Shown one piece after another: positions 29,129 through 38,738 of a stretch of DNA of 64,000 nucleotides. Source of the stretch: Candidatus Heimdallarchaeota archaeon (GTDB lineage Archaea > Asgardarchaeota > Heimdallarchaeia > JABLTI01); assembly GCA_019058165.1 (NCBI GenBank), contig JAHLVZ010000002.1:16048-80047 (forward strand). The letters run 5' to 3'. The notes under the pieces were generated by a model, which saw nothing but the letters and a program-made list of their open reading frames with translations, did no database searches and was not told where the DNA came from. Every line of letters begins with the position of its first letter. The first letter of the stretch is position 1. The position numbers were made by a program, and so were the translations under genes.

Positions 29129-29449
29129 TTTAACTCAAGTTACGTTCAAAAAAAGAAGATATAAAACCTTTGGAGTTTAATATTTTTAGAAAGCAAAATA
29201 TCTCGGAAATCTTGTTTTCTAGACAAAATTGAAACAAATCATTTCTTTAAATAGTCTTTTTGTAATTGATAAATATCCGATTGAAGAATGGAGACATAAG
29301 GCACTCTCTTCCCCATAAAAAAGTCATTTGATCCCTAATCTTTTCCTGGGCGGGGCTATTCGACTCTTATTTTCCCGCTCAGTTAATTTATGTTAGTCGA
29401 CAATGACCAAATATAGAAATACTCTTTTTCCCTAACAAAACTGAACGAT

Positions 29450-29824
29450 ATGGACTACTCAAGACTTATCTCTAGATTAGCTGCTGACAAAGATAGCAAT
29501 AGGTTAGGTAAAATTGTAAAAATTGAAAGTTTGATAGGAAAAACTGTCAAGAAATACAAACCATTTGCTATGGTCTTGGTTAGAAAGCACTTCAAAAAAG
29601 ATGTTTTAGTTCCTCTCGATGTTGAAAAATTGATTAAAGTAGAAGGAACCTATGCTTGGTTTAATATCACAAAAGAAGACTTCGATGAGGAAGTAAAAAG
29701 ACTTCGAGAGATAAAAACTGAAAGGGATATCTATCCTGGAGATGTTGGAGTTACTCGTACTCGTTCTGGTCCCGTTGTGGATTATTTAAATTTAGGTCAT
29801 TCAAGGAAAGAAAGAAAAAGATAA
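29450..29824 (+). CDS. hypothetical protein (possibly PRC-barrel-like)
   Basis: 124-aa ORF. The GKIVKIE...VLVPLD pattern only loosely resembles a PRC barrel. Confidence 0.35.
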   Translation: MDYSRLISRLAADKDSNRLGKIVKIESLIGKTVKKYKPFAMVLVRKHFKKDVLVPLDVEKLIKVEGTYAWFNITKEDFDEEVKRLREIKTERDIYPGDVGVTRTRSGPVVDYLNLGHSRKERKR

Positions 29825-29890
29825 TTTCTTTTTCATTTTAGAAACATTTTTCTATTTAATATCTCTTGAAAACAAACAAGAGATGGTATT

Positions 29891-30580
29891 ATGAAAGAGA
29901 AATCACTTCAGGTTAATTGGGATTGGTCAAAAGTCGAAGACTTCACTTATTGGAAAATTCCAGATGGCTATGTAATGAGTTTACCTTATTACATTGGAAA
30001 ACCGCCTGCAAGAATTTTTGATTTAGGTTGTGGTGTTGGTCGTCACACAGTTTATTTCGCTTCTCTTGGTTACGAAGTTGATGCTTTAGACTTATCCAGT
30101 GATGCTGTTAAAAGCACACAAGCATGGCTCAAAAAGGATGGACTCAAGGCAAATGTTTACCGAGGGAAAATGACAGATCTTACTCAACCAGATAATCATT
30201 ATGATTTGGTTCTTGCTTTTAATGTGATTTATCATGCTTTCAAAGATGATATGGTTAGGGTGATCAATGAAATTTACCGTATTATTAAACCTGGGGGTTT
30301 CTTCTTTGGGACTATCTTAACAAAAGATCCAAATCAACCATTTTATGATAAAACAGGTGTTATTAATGAACAAACACTTATCAAACAAGAGGAACCAGAA
30401 AAAGGTATTCCACATTTCTTCTCTTATACTGAAGACGTATTAGAGTTCTTCAAAAATTTTGAAATAAAAGATCTTTACTATAAAGAATGGTACCGTGCTC
30501 CATATTCAATAGAGAGCATAAATGACAAGAAAGGATATGGGCATTATATTCTCTTTGCTCAGAAACCGGAAAGCGATTAA
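29891..30580 (+). CDS. class I SAM-dependent methyltransferase
   Basis: Motif I IFDLGCGVGRH and post-I/II motifs (DLVLAFNVIYH, LKPGG-like IKPGG). Confidence 0.8.
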   Translation: MKEKSLQVNWDWSKVEDFTYWKIPDGYVMSLPYYIGKPPARIFDLGCGVGRHTVYFASLGYEVDALDLSSDAVKSTQAWLKKDGLKANVYRGKMTDLTQPDNHYDLVLAFNVIYHAFKDDMVRVINEIYRIIKPGGFFFGTILTKDPNQPFYDKTGVINEQTLIKQEEPEKGIPHFFSYTEDVLEFFKNFEIKDLYYKEWYRAPYSIESINDKKGYGHYILFAQKPESD

Positions 30581-30585
30581 ATAAT

Positions 30586-31788
30586 TTATAATAATAAAAC
30601 TAGTGTAATAATTAATCCTACAATAGATAAAATAACTGGAATTCCTATCGCAAGCACTTTTTTCACATTTCTAAATTGGTGCATATAACACGCTTCCGGA
30701 CAAATTTCTACACAGGTAAAGCATGAAATGCAACCTTTGAAATTGATTGTCGGTTTATTCTTTCCCTCCTTATCTTTAACGATTTTAATTACTTCTTCCG
30801 GGCAAGCTCGTTCACAATCTTGACATCCCGTGCAACCAGAAGTATATTTAGGATGCCTGATTGAAATATTCGAGAATCTTTGGAATGGTATGACCGCAAT
30901 TTTTGCTGTTACTGGTAATTTGAATTTCTTTTGGTGATCTTCAATTTTTTCTCCCAGAATCTCAATCTTGGTTAGATCTATTTCACCTAATCCTTGTTCT
31001 GCAGCATATCTTGTTGCTGGAACTTTCTTAGGGTCATGTCCCATTAATTTGAAGGCAACAGCATCCATTGCAACAGCATCTTCACTAGCTAAAACAAGAT
31101 TCATTTCAACAGCTTGACCACTGGCTCCAGGTCCCATGCCTTCTAGAGCGATAATTGCATCCATAACATTAAGTTTTATTTTGTGTTTTTCAAAAGCATA
31201 TAAATCTACCAAACATTGTGAAAATCCTTGGATATTCGCACCTAAAGAATGAATTCTTGTTTTATCCGCTCCAGTTATAGTACCAAAGAGGTTCTTAATA
31301 GCCCCTGTATAAAGCGTCATTGAATGAGTTTTCATTTTAGGGACATTAATGATTGTTTTAGCATCTAGAATGTCTTTAGCAATGTTTACTTTTCGAAGCT
31401 TCTTTCCCTTAACATCAACACTTATTGGTCCATTTTTCTCTAAACTTCGAATTTCAACATCATCAAATTTTTCACTTATCTCGAGATAATCACTTTGTAA
31501 AATAGCTTCTCTAGTTCCACCATCATGACCCGCAGCACTACAATCACCAATGATAACTTTTTTCTGAAGCTCTAGAAGCATCTTGCTTAAAGCTTCAAGT
31601 ACCCTAGGATCTGTTCTAATTTTATCCCGAACTTCTTTTTTTTCAGGGGCAATTAATAAATTAGGTTTAAGCAATATCACATCTTCATTAGAAACAAATT
31701 GTTCTATACCCCCTAGAAGATTCACAGCTTTTCGAACTGCTGTTTCTACATCAGATTTTTCCACGTAAACAATTGCTACTTTGCTCAT
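30586..31788 (-). CDS. DUF362-like domain protein fused to 2x[4Fe-4S] ferredoxin and a TM anchor
   Basis: CTGCQDCERACP and CISCFTCVEICP cluster motifs, plus a C-terminal hydrophobic helix. The DUF362 assignment is from overall resemblance only. Confidence 0.65.
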   Translation of the reverse strand: MSKVAIVYVEKSDVETAVRKAVNLLGGIEQFVSNEDVILLKPNLLIAPEKKEVRDKIRTDPRVLEALSKMLLELQKKVIIGDCSAAGHDGGTREAILQSDYLEISEKFDDVEIRSLEKNGPISVDVKGKKLRKVNIAKDILDAKTIINVPKMKTHSMTLYTGAIKNLFGTITGADKTRIHSLGANIQGFSQCLVDLYAFEKHKIKLNVMDAIIALEGMGPGASGQAVEMNLVLASEDAVAMDAVAFKLMGHDPKKVPATRYAAEQGLGEIDLTKIEILGEKIEDHQKKFKLPVTAKIAVIPFQRFSNISIRHPKYTSGCTGCQDCERACPEEVIKIVKDKEGKNKPTINFKGCISCFTCVEICPEACYMHQFRNVKKVLAIGIPVILSIVGLIITLVLLL

Positions 31789-31865
31789 AGGTAATTCATT
31801 TCCATTAAATCAAAGAAAAAATATATTCTTTGTGCTTCACAAAAATCAAACATCGGGAAGCCATA

Positions 31866-33170
31866 TTATACGTATATCTTACAACGATAACAATACCATC
31901 GGTCATATTGTTTGATATAAGATAATTTACTCCCGCATTTTGGACATCGTGCTTTTGATGATTTCACTTCTTCATCTTTCTTAGGTTTCTTTTCTACTTT
32001 TTTCTTCGGTGGGGGTTCTAATTCTACTGAAACTACATCCTCTGTTATTTCATCCTTCTCAGTTTCTTTTAGAATATCGGTAATTCTTTCCTCATCATTA
32101 TTCTCTTCTAATATTTCCATCGAGTTAAGTGAGGTTCTATCTAAAGCTTCGAAACTTGTATCTTGTTCTTTCTCTGTTGTTGTGCTTATATCATTTAAAG
32201 AAGGAACAGGTATCGTATCTGTTATTTCTGAACTCTTTGTGTCATCAAAAACAGTTTCATCGATTGGGCTATCAGTGTCAATAGAGAATACTTCAAGTTG
32301 ATTTTCTAAGCTACTTATCTTCTCTTTTAGCTCTGTAATATCTGCTGCCGTTGTTTCAGCTGAAACTTTTTTTGTTTCGACATTCAACAATCTTTCTTCA
32401 AGGGCAACGGTAATTTCAGTTAATTGACTGATTTTATCCATTACTGTTTTAATAACAAATTGAATTTCATCGCTTTCCAATTCTGCCAAGTCTATTTTAT
32501 CAACTTTGGCTGCTTTTTCTTCGTGAACTGGGGCATCGGGCACAGTAATTAAATCTTGTACTTCTTGATGATGTTTTTCTAAAGTTTCATCATCTATTTC
32601 TGTACCTTGCCCCTCAAAAGGGAAACCTTCTTTCTCCAGAAACATTTTTCCCATCATTTCAAAAGCTTCAGGGATGTTTTCTCCTGTTTTCGCAGAAGTT
32701 GCTAAATACGCTGCTTCTATGTTCTTCCTTTTCCTTAGTTTTTCAATTAATTTTTTAATATCTTCATCTTTAATCTTTATTTGATCTTTCAAATCGGATT
32801 TATTTCCTAGAACAATAAAGATTTTTAGAAAACCACCAGAATGGTCAATTGCTTCTTCAGCCCACTCTTCAAGTTTTTCTAAAGTAACTGGTTGTGTGAG
32901 ATCGAAAACTAAGAAACCGCATTTGCACCCACTGTAAAAAGATGATCTAACATGTCGATACATTTTTTGTCCAGCAAGATCCCAAATTTGGAAGTGAACT
33001 TTGTTTTCACCAAGTTCAATAGCTTTAGAAGCAAAATCAGCACCAATTGTTTTGATGTATTCACTCTTAAAGCCTACACCCATAAACTTAGAACGTATAC
33101 TAGTTTTCCCTACCGATCCTTCACCCATCAGTACAATTTTAAAGACAAATTCTCGTTTTATGTCTGACAT
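31866..33170 (-). CDS. Rab/Ras-like small GTPase with acidic coiled-coil tail and C-terminal zinc ribbon
   Basis: G1 GEGSVGKTS, switch-I T (YIKTIG), G3 WDLAGQ, G4 GNKSDL, G5 SAK. The C-terminus is CPKCGSKL...WYCYRCKIYV. Confidence 0.85.
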   Translation of the reverse strand: MSDIKREFVFKIVLMGEGSVGKTSIRSKFMGVGFKSEYIKTIGADFASKAIELGENKVHFQIWDLAGQKMYRHVRSSFYSGCKCGFLVFDLTQPVTLEKLEEWAEEAIDHSGGFLKIFIVLGNKSDLKDQIKIKDEDIKKLIEKLRKRKNIEAAYLATSAKTGENIPEAFEMMGKMFLEKEGFPFEGQGTEIDDETLEKHHQEVQDLITVPDAPVHEEKAAKVDKIDLAELESDEIQFVIKTVMDKISQLTEITVALEERLLNVETKKVSAETTAADITELKEKISSLENQLEVFSIDTDSPIDETVFDDTKSSEITDTIPVPSLNDISTTTEKEQDTSFEALDRTSLNSMEILEENNDEERITDILKETEKDEITEDVVSVELEPPPKKKVEKKPKKDEEVKSSKARCPKCGSKLSYIKQYDRWYCYRCKIYV

Positions 33171-33386
33171 TTCTCAGGACTCCTTATGGTAGATTATGGT
33201 ATTAAATTCATTATTTTTGATAATTGGATTTAATTGACTGCAATTAAGTATTTGGTATTATGTAAAAATCTATCTAATCAGTCTTTTTGTTCTATTAATA
33301 AATACTTGTTTGTTTTTTGTTCCCTTTTGTAAGATTTATTAAACGGTTCCTCACTCATATATAGTATTGAACTATATACGAGTAGT

Positions 33387-34229
33387 TTGGAGTCTTTGAA
33401 TGTGCCTCGTCGTAAATCTAAGAAAATTAAATCTTTGTGGAATGAATATCCTGATTATACCCCAATTAATAATGTCGATGAAAAACCATTGTTTGATGAG
33501 ACTAGAGTTAGTGATGAACACAGAGTACTAGGACAGATTATACGAGAGAATTGGCATCTTATCCATCCACTTGCTCGAGATTATATGCTTTCATCAGCTG
33601 CAGAATGGAGAACATTACTCACAGAGACAGGAATGATACAATCGAATTTGGATTCAAAGCAAAGGAATCTTTCTGGAATTCAAGAGGAATTTAACAAGAA
33701 GAATCAAAGAATACTTTTAGAAAAAGATGCTGAAATTGAAAGGATTAGAGAGGAAATTGCAGAGAGCTTCCAAGAAACCTTAGAGAAAAAAGACCAAGAG
33801 ATTGCAAACTTGAAAATGCTTGTTGATTCTGTTGATGAAACTTCCATAACACGAAGCAATATAGAAACCGAACTTAGTGAAAAGGATCGCAAAATAACTG
33901 ACTTGGAATCTGTTATCAATGGATTAAATGATAAATGTCGACAGCAAGAAGTTGAGGCAATGAATGTTCAAACAGGAATTAGTAAAAACTTTCAGCAACA
34001 GATCAATAATATAACCAAAGAGCTCTATGAGAAACAAGAGCAAATTGATAAACTTCGAGAGATTTTGAATAAGGCGAAAGAACAATTAATTATCCTAAAA
34101 GGGAAAAAAGAGGATTCATCTGAATCAAAAACTGAATTAGAAACAAAAGTAGAAACTCTAGAACGTATGCTAGCAGAACGAGATGAAAAACTCAGAAAAG
34201 TCGTTAAGACAATAGAAAGCTTAGAATGA
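33387..34229 (+). CDS. coiled-coil protein
   Basis: 280 aa with a long E/K/Q/L-rich heptad-like sequence. Divergent from the GTPase gene. Confidence 0.5.
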   Translation: MESLNVPRRKSKKIKSLWNEYPDYTPINNVDEKPLFDETRVSDEHRVLGQIIRENWHLIHPLARDYMLSSAAEWRTLLTETGMIQSNLDSKQRNLSGIQEEFNKKNQRILLEKDAEIERIREEIAESFQETLEKKDQEIANLKMLVDSVDETSITRSNIETELSEKDRKITDLESVINGLNDKCRQQEVEAMNVQTGISKNFQQQINNITKELYEKQEQIDKLREILNKAKEQLIILKGKKEDSSESKTELETKVETLERMLAERDEKLRKVVKTIESLE

Positions 34230-34247
34230 GTTTTTGTGGTACAAAAT

Positions 34248-35183
34248 TTATATTGAGCAGCATGTTTCGATTTGTTCCACTAATAAACCAAATTTACTCT
34301 CAGCAAACTCTATTGATTTCTTTTTAGGCACTGCAATTCTGTTTACACCAGCTAATATTGCTGCTTGTTCGTAATCAATTTGCCGTACTCTCATACAACC
34401 TAACGATTGTTCAAGGTCTGGTTTTCTTAATCGAGTATAAAGTAATAATCTTGTCAAGAAATCTTTATTGATAATCTTTGATTTTTCCATAATTGTTCCT
34501 TTAGTTGGGATTAAACCCAAAAAAACAATTAATGGTATTTCATATTTCAAAGCAGTTTCTAAAGCATCTAAATTTCCTTTTTCTTCACCGAAATGAAGAC
34601 CAAGACAAATATGAGGAACAACATGCAAGCCTGCATTAATTAGAGATTCAAAGGATTCAATGTAGTCTTTTCCTTGTTTGTCATTCTTTATTACTTTAGA
34701 AATAATTTCGTCGTCAGTTATCAAGTCAAAAGAAACAACATCTACACCAGCATCTGCTAGTGCTTGTGCTTGTTTAGAACTTACTAAACCTGGATGAATA
34801 TTGATTTTTAAATTGGTTTCAGATTTAATGCAAGAAATAGCTTCCAGGTAAGGCTCTAAAGGCACTATAGATTCTTCATCATATCCACCACTTAGTAGAA
34901 TCCCTTTGCCTTGATTTTTCTCTAATTCAATTGCAAAATTCACCAAGTCATCTGACGAATTTATCTGATGCATATTTTTCAAGTAGTGTTTATTACAATG
35001 TAAGCAATTAAGAGCACAGGAAGCTCCAGTTACACTAATTGAAGGGAATTTTTTACTAGGATAGTAGACTTTAAGAGTTCGACCGAAATTTTTCCAGCTT
35101 AAAGATCTTCCTTCTTCTAAAAGCTGATCCAATTCGTTCTGTGAAGTATTTAATACCTCTGCAAAATTTATTCTCTTATTCAT
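34248..35183 (-). CDS. radical SAM protein
   Basis: CALNCLHC (CxxxCxxC) motif with a TIM-barrel-like remainder. Confidence 0.7.
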   Translation of the reverse strand: MNKRINFAEVLNTSQNELDQLLEEGRSLSWKNFGRTLKVYYPSKKFPSISVTGASCALNCLHCNKHYLKNMHQINSSDDLVNFAIELEKNQGKGILLSGGYDEESIVPLEPYLEAISCIKSETNLKINIHPGLVSSKQAQALADAGVDVVSFDLITDDEIISKVIKNDKQGKDYIESFESLINAGLHVVPHICLGLHFGEEKGNLDALETALKYEIPLIVFLGLIPTKGTIMEKSKIINKDFLTRLLLYTRLRKPDLEQSLGCMRVRQIDYEQAAILAGVNRIAVPKKKSIEFAESKFGLLVEQIETCCSI

Positions 35184-35304
35184 ACAATCCTACCAAAATT
35201 ATTTCTGATCTGTTTAATGCATATTTACCAAGGTTTTTAATACATTTTGTTGAATTACCATTGTAGTTGATTATTATATTTGATAATATAGGAGCAACTA
35301 ACTC

Positions 35305-36015
35305 ATGGGTTACTTGAAAGGATTCTTTACATCTCTTGGTATCACTTATCCAAGCTTTCTATTCATACATATCTATTTGAATAGTATGACAGTCACTCAA
35401 TTCTTTGAGGATATGATAAACCTTGGTTCCTGGGAATACTTGCTGGAAGTTTGTGAAACAGCAATAGTGGGACCCATTAGTGTGTTTTTCGCCCCAAGAG
35501 ATGCAATTAGTATCGTTTTAGTTTTACTTCCTTGGGTTGTTGCAGCATTCATAGCTAGCTTTTTCTTTAGAAAGAAGCATGCAGCTCGCGGTGGTTTAGC
35601 AACAATAATTATACTACTCTTAACTGCTGAAGTTGTTTACTATATTATATACCAAGCCGGATTAATTGGTACTTCATTATTCACTACATTTGATAGCTGG
35701 TTTTATGGTTTCTTAGTAATAATTGGTGTAACCACTCTAATTGGAATCTTGTCTGGATTGATAAGTCCATTCAAAAAAGATGATGTGCCTGGAGGACGAG
35801 TTAGAGTTCCACAAATTGTCATTGAAGAAGAGGAAACCATTCCAGAACCTTACTATATGCCAACTGAGAGTCCAAGCAGAGATCAATACATAGAAACACA
35901 TCAAGCACAACCAACAACAAGAACCCAACAAACAACCTGTGAGTTCTGTGGGTCATACTTAGATTATGATACAGAATTCTGTAGTGTTTGTGGTAATCGA
36001 GTACGCAATGGTTAA
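35305..36015 (+). CDS. membrane protein with C-terminal zinc ribbon
   Basis: Several TM segments. The C-terminus is CEFCGSYL...FCSVCGNRV. Confidence 0.5.
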   Translation: MGYLKGFFTSLGITYPSFLFIHIYLNSMTVTQFFEDMINLGSWEYLLEVCETAIVGPISVFFAPRDAISIVLVLLPWVVAAFIASFFFRKKHAARGGLATIIILLLTAEVVYYIIYQAGLIGTSLFTTFDSWFYGFLVIIGVTTLIGILSGLISPFKKDDVPGGRVRVPQIVIEEEETIPEPYYMPTESPSRDQYIETHQAQPTTRTQQTTCEFCGSYLDYDTEFCSVCGNRVRNG

Positions 36016-36040
36016 ACAAAAAATACGCAGAGAATTGCTT

Positions 36041-36286
36041 TCAATCTTCTCTTATTAGCATCGTCATAGTACTTGAGATATTAGCGTATGATCTAATTTC
36101 TTCTGTAACCAGTTTATCCAAACCATCTTTAGAGTCAACTTCTATCTTGAGGATAATATCAAACAAACCCCAAACTAATGAGATTTCTTCTAAGCCAGAT
36201 ATCTTAGTTAGTTCTTCAAATAAATCAAATTCTGTTCCGCCTTTCACATTGATCAATACATAGGCTTTAACCATTATTTCACCCAC
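36041..36286 (-). CDS. stand-alone Lrp/AsnC-type ligand-binding (RAM) domain protein
   Basis: About 80 aa. The pattern VKAYVLINVK...ISLVWGLFDIILKIEV is typical of the AsnC_trans_reg domain. Confidence 0.55.
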   Translation of the reverse strand: MGEIMVKAYVLINVKGGTEFDLFEELTKISGLEEISLVWGLFDIILKIEVDSKDGLDKLVTEEIRSYANISSTMTMLIRED

Positions 36287-36390
36287 TGGTTTACAGTTTT
36301 TTATACATAATTTACCAAAGCTTTGGTGTTATTATTTAATTCCTTATAAAAATAGTTTAATCCAGATAATAAATTTTTATATGAAGACCA

Positions 36391-37029
36391 TTGTGTTTTG
36401 CTCTCAAAACCATCTTTGGCGTTGATATAATGAATTCCGATCCTCAAAGACCCTACAAAACTGAAAGTGGTATAAAATTACTAGTCTACTATATTCGGCA
36501 AGATGATCCTAAGAAATGTACAGCAGTACATTTAAACAAAATGGGTAAGGTAGAACTGGTTCACAAAGCAGGAAATCTCCCAAGAAATGCTGTTTTATTG
36601 AATCCCTTTTCAACAAAAGCTTTATCGATTGAGGATCTCCCGGTGATACAAACTAAAGGATTAATTGGTCTTGACTGTTCATGGGTTTCTGCGAAAAAAG
36701 TTTTTGGAATAGAAGAGGGTAATGAGGTACAATTAAAGAGCACAAGAAGTTGGCGATTTGTTGATAGGATTCTCCCTTACTTACTTGCAGCAAATCCTGT
36801 TAACTATGGAAAACCATGCAAACTAAGTACTGCAGAAGCATTAGCTGCGGGACTCTATATTGTTGGTTACAAAAAAGATGCAAGATATTTAATGGAGGGT
36901 TTTAAGTGGGGTGAAAACTTTTTTGCTCTGAACTTCGAGTTACTCGAAGCTTATGCAGATGCGAAGAGTAGTCTTGAGGTAGTTCAAATACAAAATGATT
37001 ATTTGGATACAATATACAAAAAAGAATAA
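36391..37029 (+). CDS. tsr3: 16S rRNA aminocarboxypropyltransferase Tsr3
   Basis: DDPKKCTA, DCSW, ANPVNYGKPCKLSTAEALAAGLYIVG and ELLEAY closely follow archaeal Tsr3 sequences. The start may be the internal ATG. Confidence 0.85.
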   Translation: MCFALKTIFGVDIMNSDPQRPYKTESGIKLLVYYIRQDDPKKCTAVHLNKMGKVELVHKAGNLPRNAVLLNPFSTKALSIEDLPVIQTKGLIGLDCSWVSAKKVFGIEEGNEVQLKSTRSWRFVDRILPYLLAANPVNYGKPCKLSTAEALAAGLYIVGYKKDARYLMEGFKWGENFFALNFELLEAYADAKSSLEVVQIQNDYLDTIYKKE

Positions 37030-37104
37030 ACATCAATTAAATTAAATAGTGTGATAAATTGAATATCTAATAAGGAAAAAAAAACATCTCATAATTACAG
37101 GAGT

Positions 37105-38322
37105 TTGCTGAATTTGTTAATAGGAATTGTTGGTAAACCATCGAGTGGAAAAAGTACTTTTTTGAACGCTGCATGTTTAACTTCTTCAAAAGTAGGAGAT
37201 TATCCCTTCACCACCATTGAACCAGTGCCAGGTACAGGATATGTGAGAATTCCTTGTGTTTGTAAGGAATTGGGTGTAGAAGACAATCCCCAGAATTCAA
37301 TATGTATCGAAGGAACTAGACTAGTACCAATTCAATTGCTCGATGTAGCGGGTCTTGTTCCAGATGCATGGGAAGGTCGTGGCCTTGGCAACAAGCTTTT
37401 AGATGATTTGAGACGCGCAGACGTGTTAATACATGTCGTAGATTTTTCTGGTTCATTAGATGCTGATGGAAATAATATTGAACGAGGCTCCTATGATCCA
37501 GAAAAGGATATTGTATTTTTAGAACGAGAAGTAGTGAAGTGGTTAGAACAATTACTACATAAAGATTGGACTCGCATTAGTCGAACTTCTGAAGCTGAGA
37601 AAATCCCCATCGATAAATTGCTTGCAGAAAAGCTTGCTGGACTACAAATCAAACAATCACACATAAAGAAAGCGCTAACAAAATCTGGTTTAAATATTGC
37701 AATTCCATCTAAGTGGTCTAAAGAGGAAATCCTCCAATTCTTAACTATACTTAGATCAATTGCTAAACCAATGATTTTTGCAGCAAATAAGATTGATATT
37801 GAAGGTTCGGAGGATAATTTCAATCGTCTAAAAGATCAATATGATAAGGATTTAATTCCTTGTTCAGCATTAGCTGAATACTTTTTGAGAAAATTTGCTG
37901 AAAAGGAAATTATCTCCTATACTCCTGGAGATCCCGATTTTACAATTACAAAACCAGACAAATTATCAGAGAAGGACAATGCAACGCTTGAAAAATTGCG
38001 TATTGATATTCTTCAGAAACATGGTTCAACAGGAGTTCAATCACTCATTAATCGTGCTGTTTTTGATATAATGGATGTTATTGCTATTTATCCCGTAGAA
38101 GATCAACAAAAATACACTGATCATAGTGGCAATGTTTTACCTGATGTTTATTTAGTTCCTAGGGGAACAACTGCAAGAGAATTTGCTGGATTGATTCATC
38201 AAGATTTGGCTAAATCTTTCATTAATGCAATACTTGTGAAAACACAGCGAAGAATCGGTGATAATTATGAACTTGAAGACGGAGACATTATTAAAATAAA
38301 CGCAGCTGAAGGGTTAAAATAA
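37105..38322 (+). CDS. Obg-family (YchF/OLA1-like) GTPase/ATPase with TGS-like C-terminus
   Basis: G1 GIVGKPSSGKST, G3 LLDVAGLV, EGRGLGNKLLDDLRRADVLIHVVD, and a C-terminal DGDIIKI. Confidence 0.8.
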   Translation: MLNLLIGIVGKPSSGKSTFLNAACLTSSKVGDYPFTTIEPVPGTGYVRIPCVCKELGVEDNPQNSICIEGTRLVPIQLLDVAGLVPDAWEGRGLGNKLLDDLRRADVLIHVVDFSGSLDADGNNIERGSYDPEKDIVFLEREVVKWLEQLLHKDWTRISRTSEAEKIPIDKLLAEKLAGLQIKQSHIKKALTKSGLNIAIPSKWSKEEILQFLTILRSIAKPMIFAANKIDIEGSEDNFNRLKDQYDKDLIPCSALAEYFLRKFAEKEIISYTPGDPDFTITKPDKLSEKDNATLEKLRIDILQKHGSTGVQSLINRAVFDIMDVIAIYPVEDQQKYTDHSGNVLPDVYLVPRGTTAREFAGLIHQDLAKSFINAILVKTQRRIGDNYELEDGDIIKINAAEGLK

Positions 38323-38340
38323 TCAGGTGAGGAACACACC

Positions 38341-38718
38341 ATGAGTAAAAAAATCGATGACTATCCTATTCTAAAGAAAGAAGTTGAAAAAAAGGAAAAA
38401 ATGGTTCATCTTCAATATGTTGACGAGGTGTTAGCAATGCAAATAGAAGAGGATATAGAAAAAGAATCAGAGCCCTCTGAGAAAATTGTTTCCATGCCTG
38501 ATCGCTTTAAATTCGTTGGCCATGATCCAAATGTTGTAGATTTTATTAGACGCTGTGATACAGTAGACCAAGCCCTGGAAATTATTGATTATCTCGAGAA
38601 TATTGGGGACATAAGTACCTCAGATGGAGAAAAAATAAGAAAACAAATAGAGACAGAAGGTTTGAGGAGCTTTGGTCCTAAAAAAGAGAAAGGATTCTAC
38701 TTTACTCATGATGAATGA
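38341..38718 (+). CDS. hypothetical protein
   Basis: 125-aa ORF lying 18 nt after the GTPase gene. No motif recognised. Confidence 0.4.
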   Translation: MSKKIDDYPILKKEVEKKEKMVHLQYVDEVLAMQIEEDIEKESEPSEKIVSMPDRFKFVGHDPNVVDFIRRCDTVDQALEIIDYLENIGDISTSDGEKIRKQIETEGLRSFGPKKEKGFYFTHDE

Positions 38719-38738
38719 ATTTTCTAAAAAACAATTAT

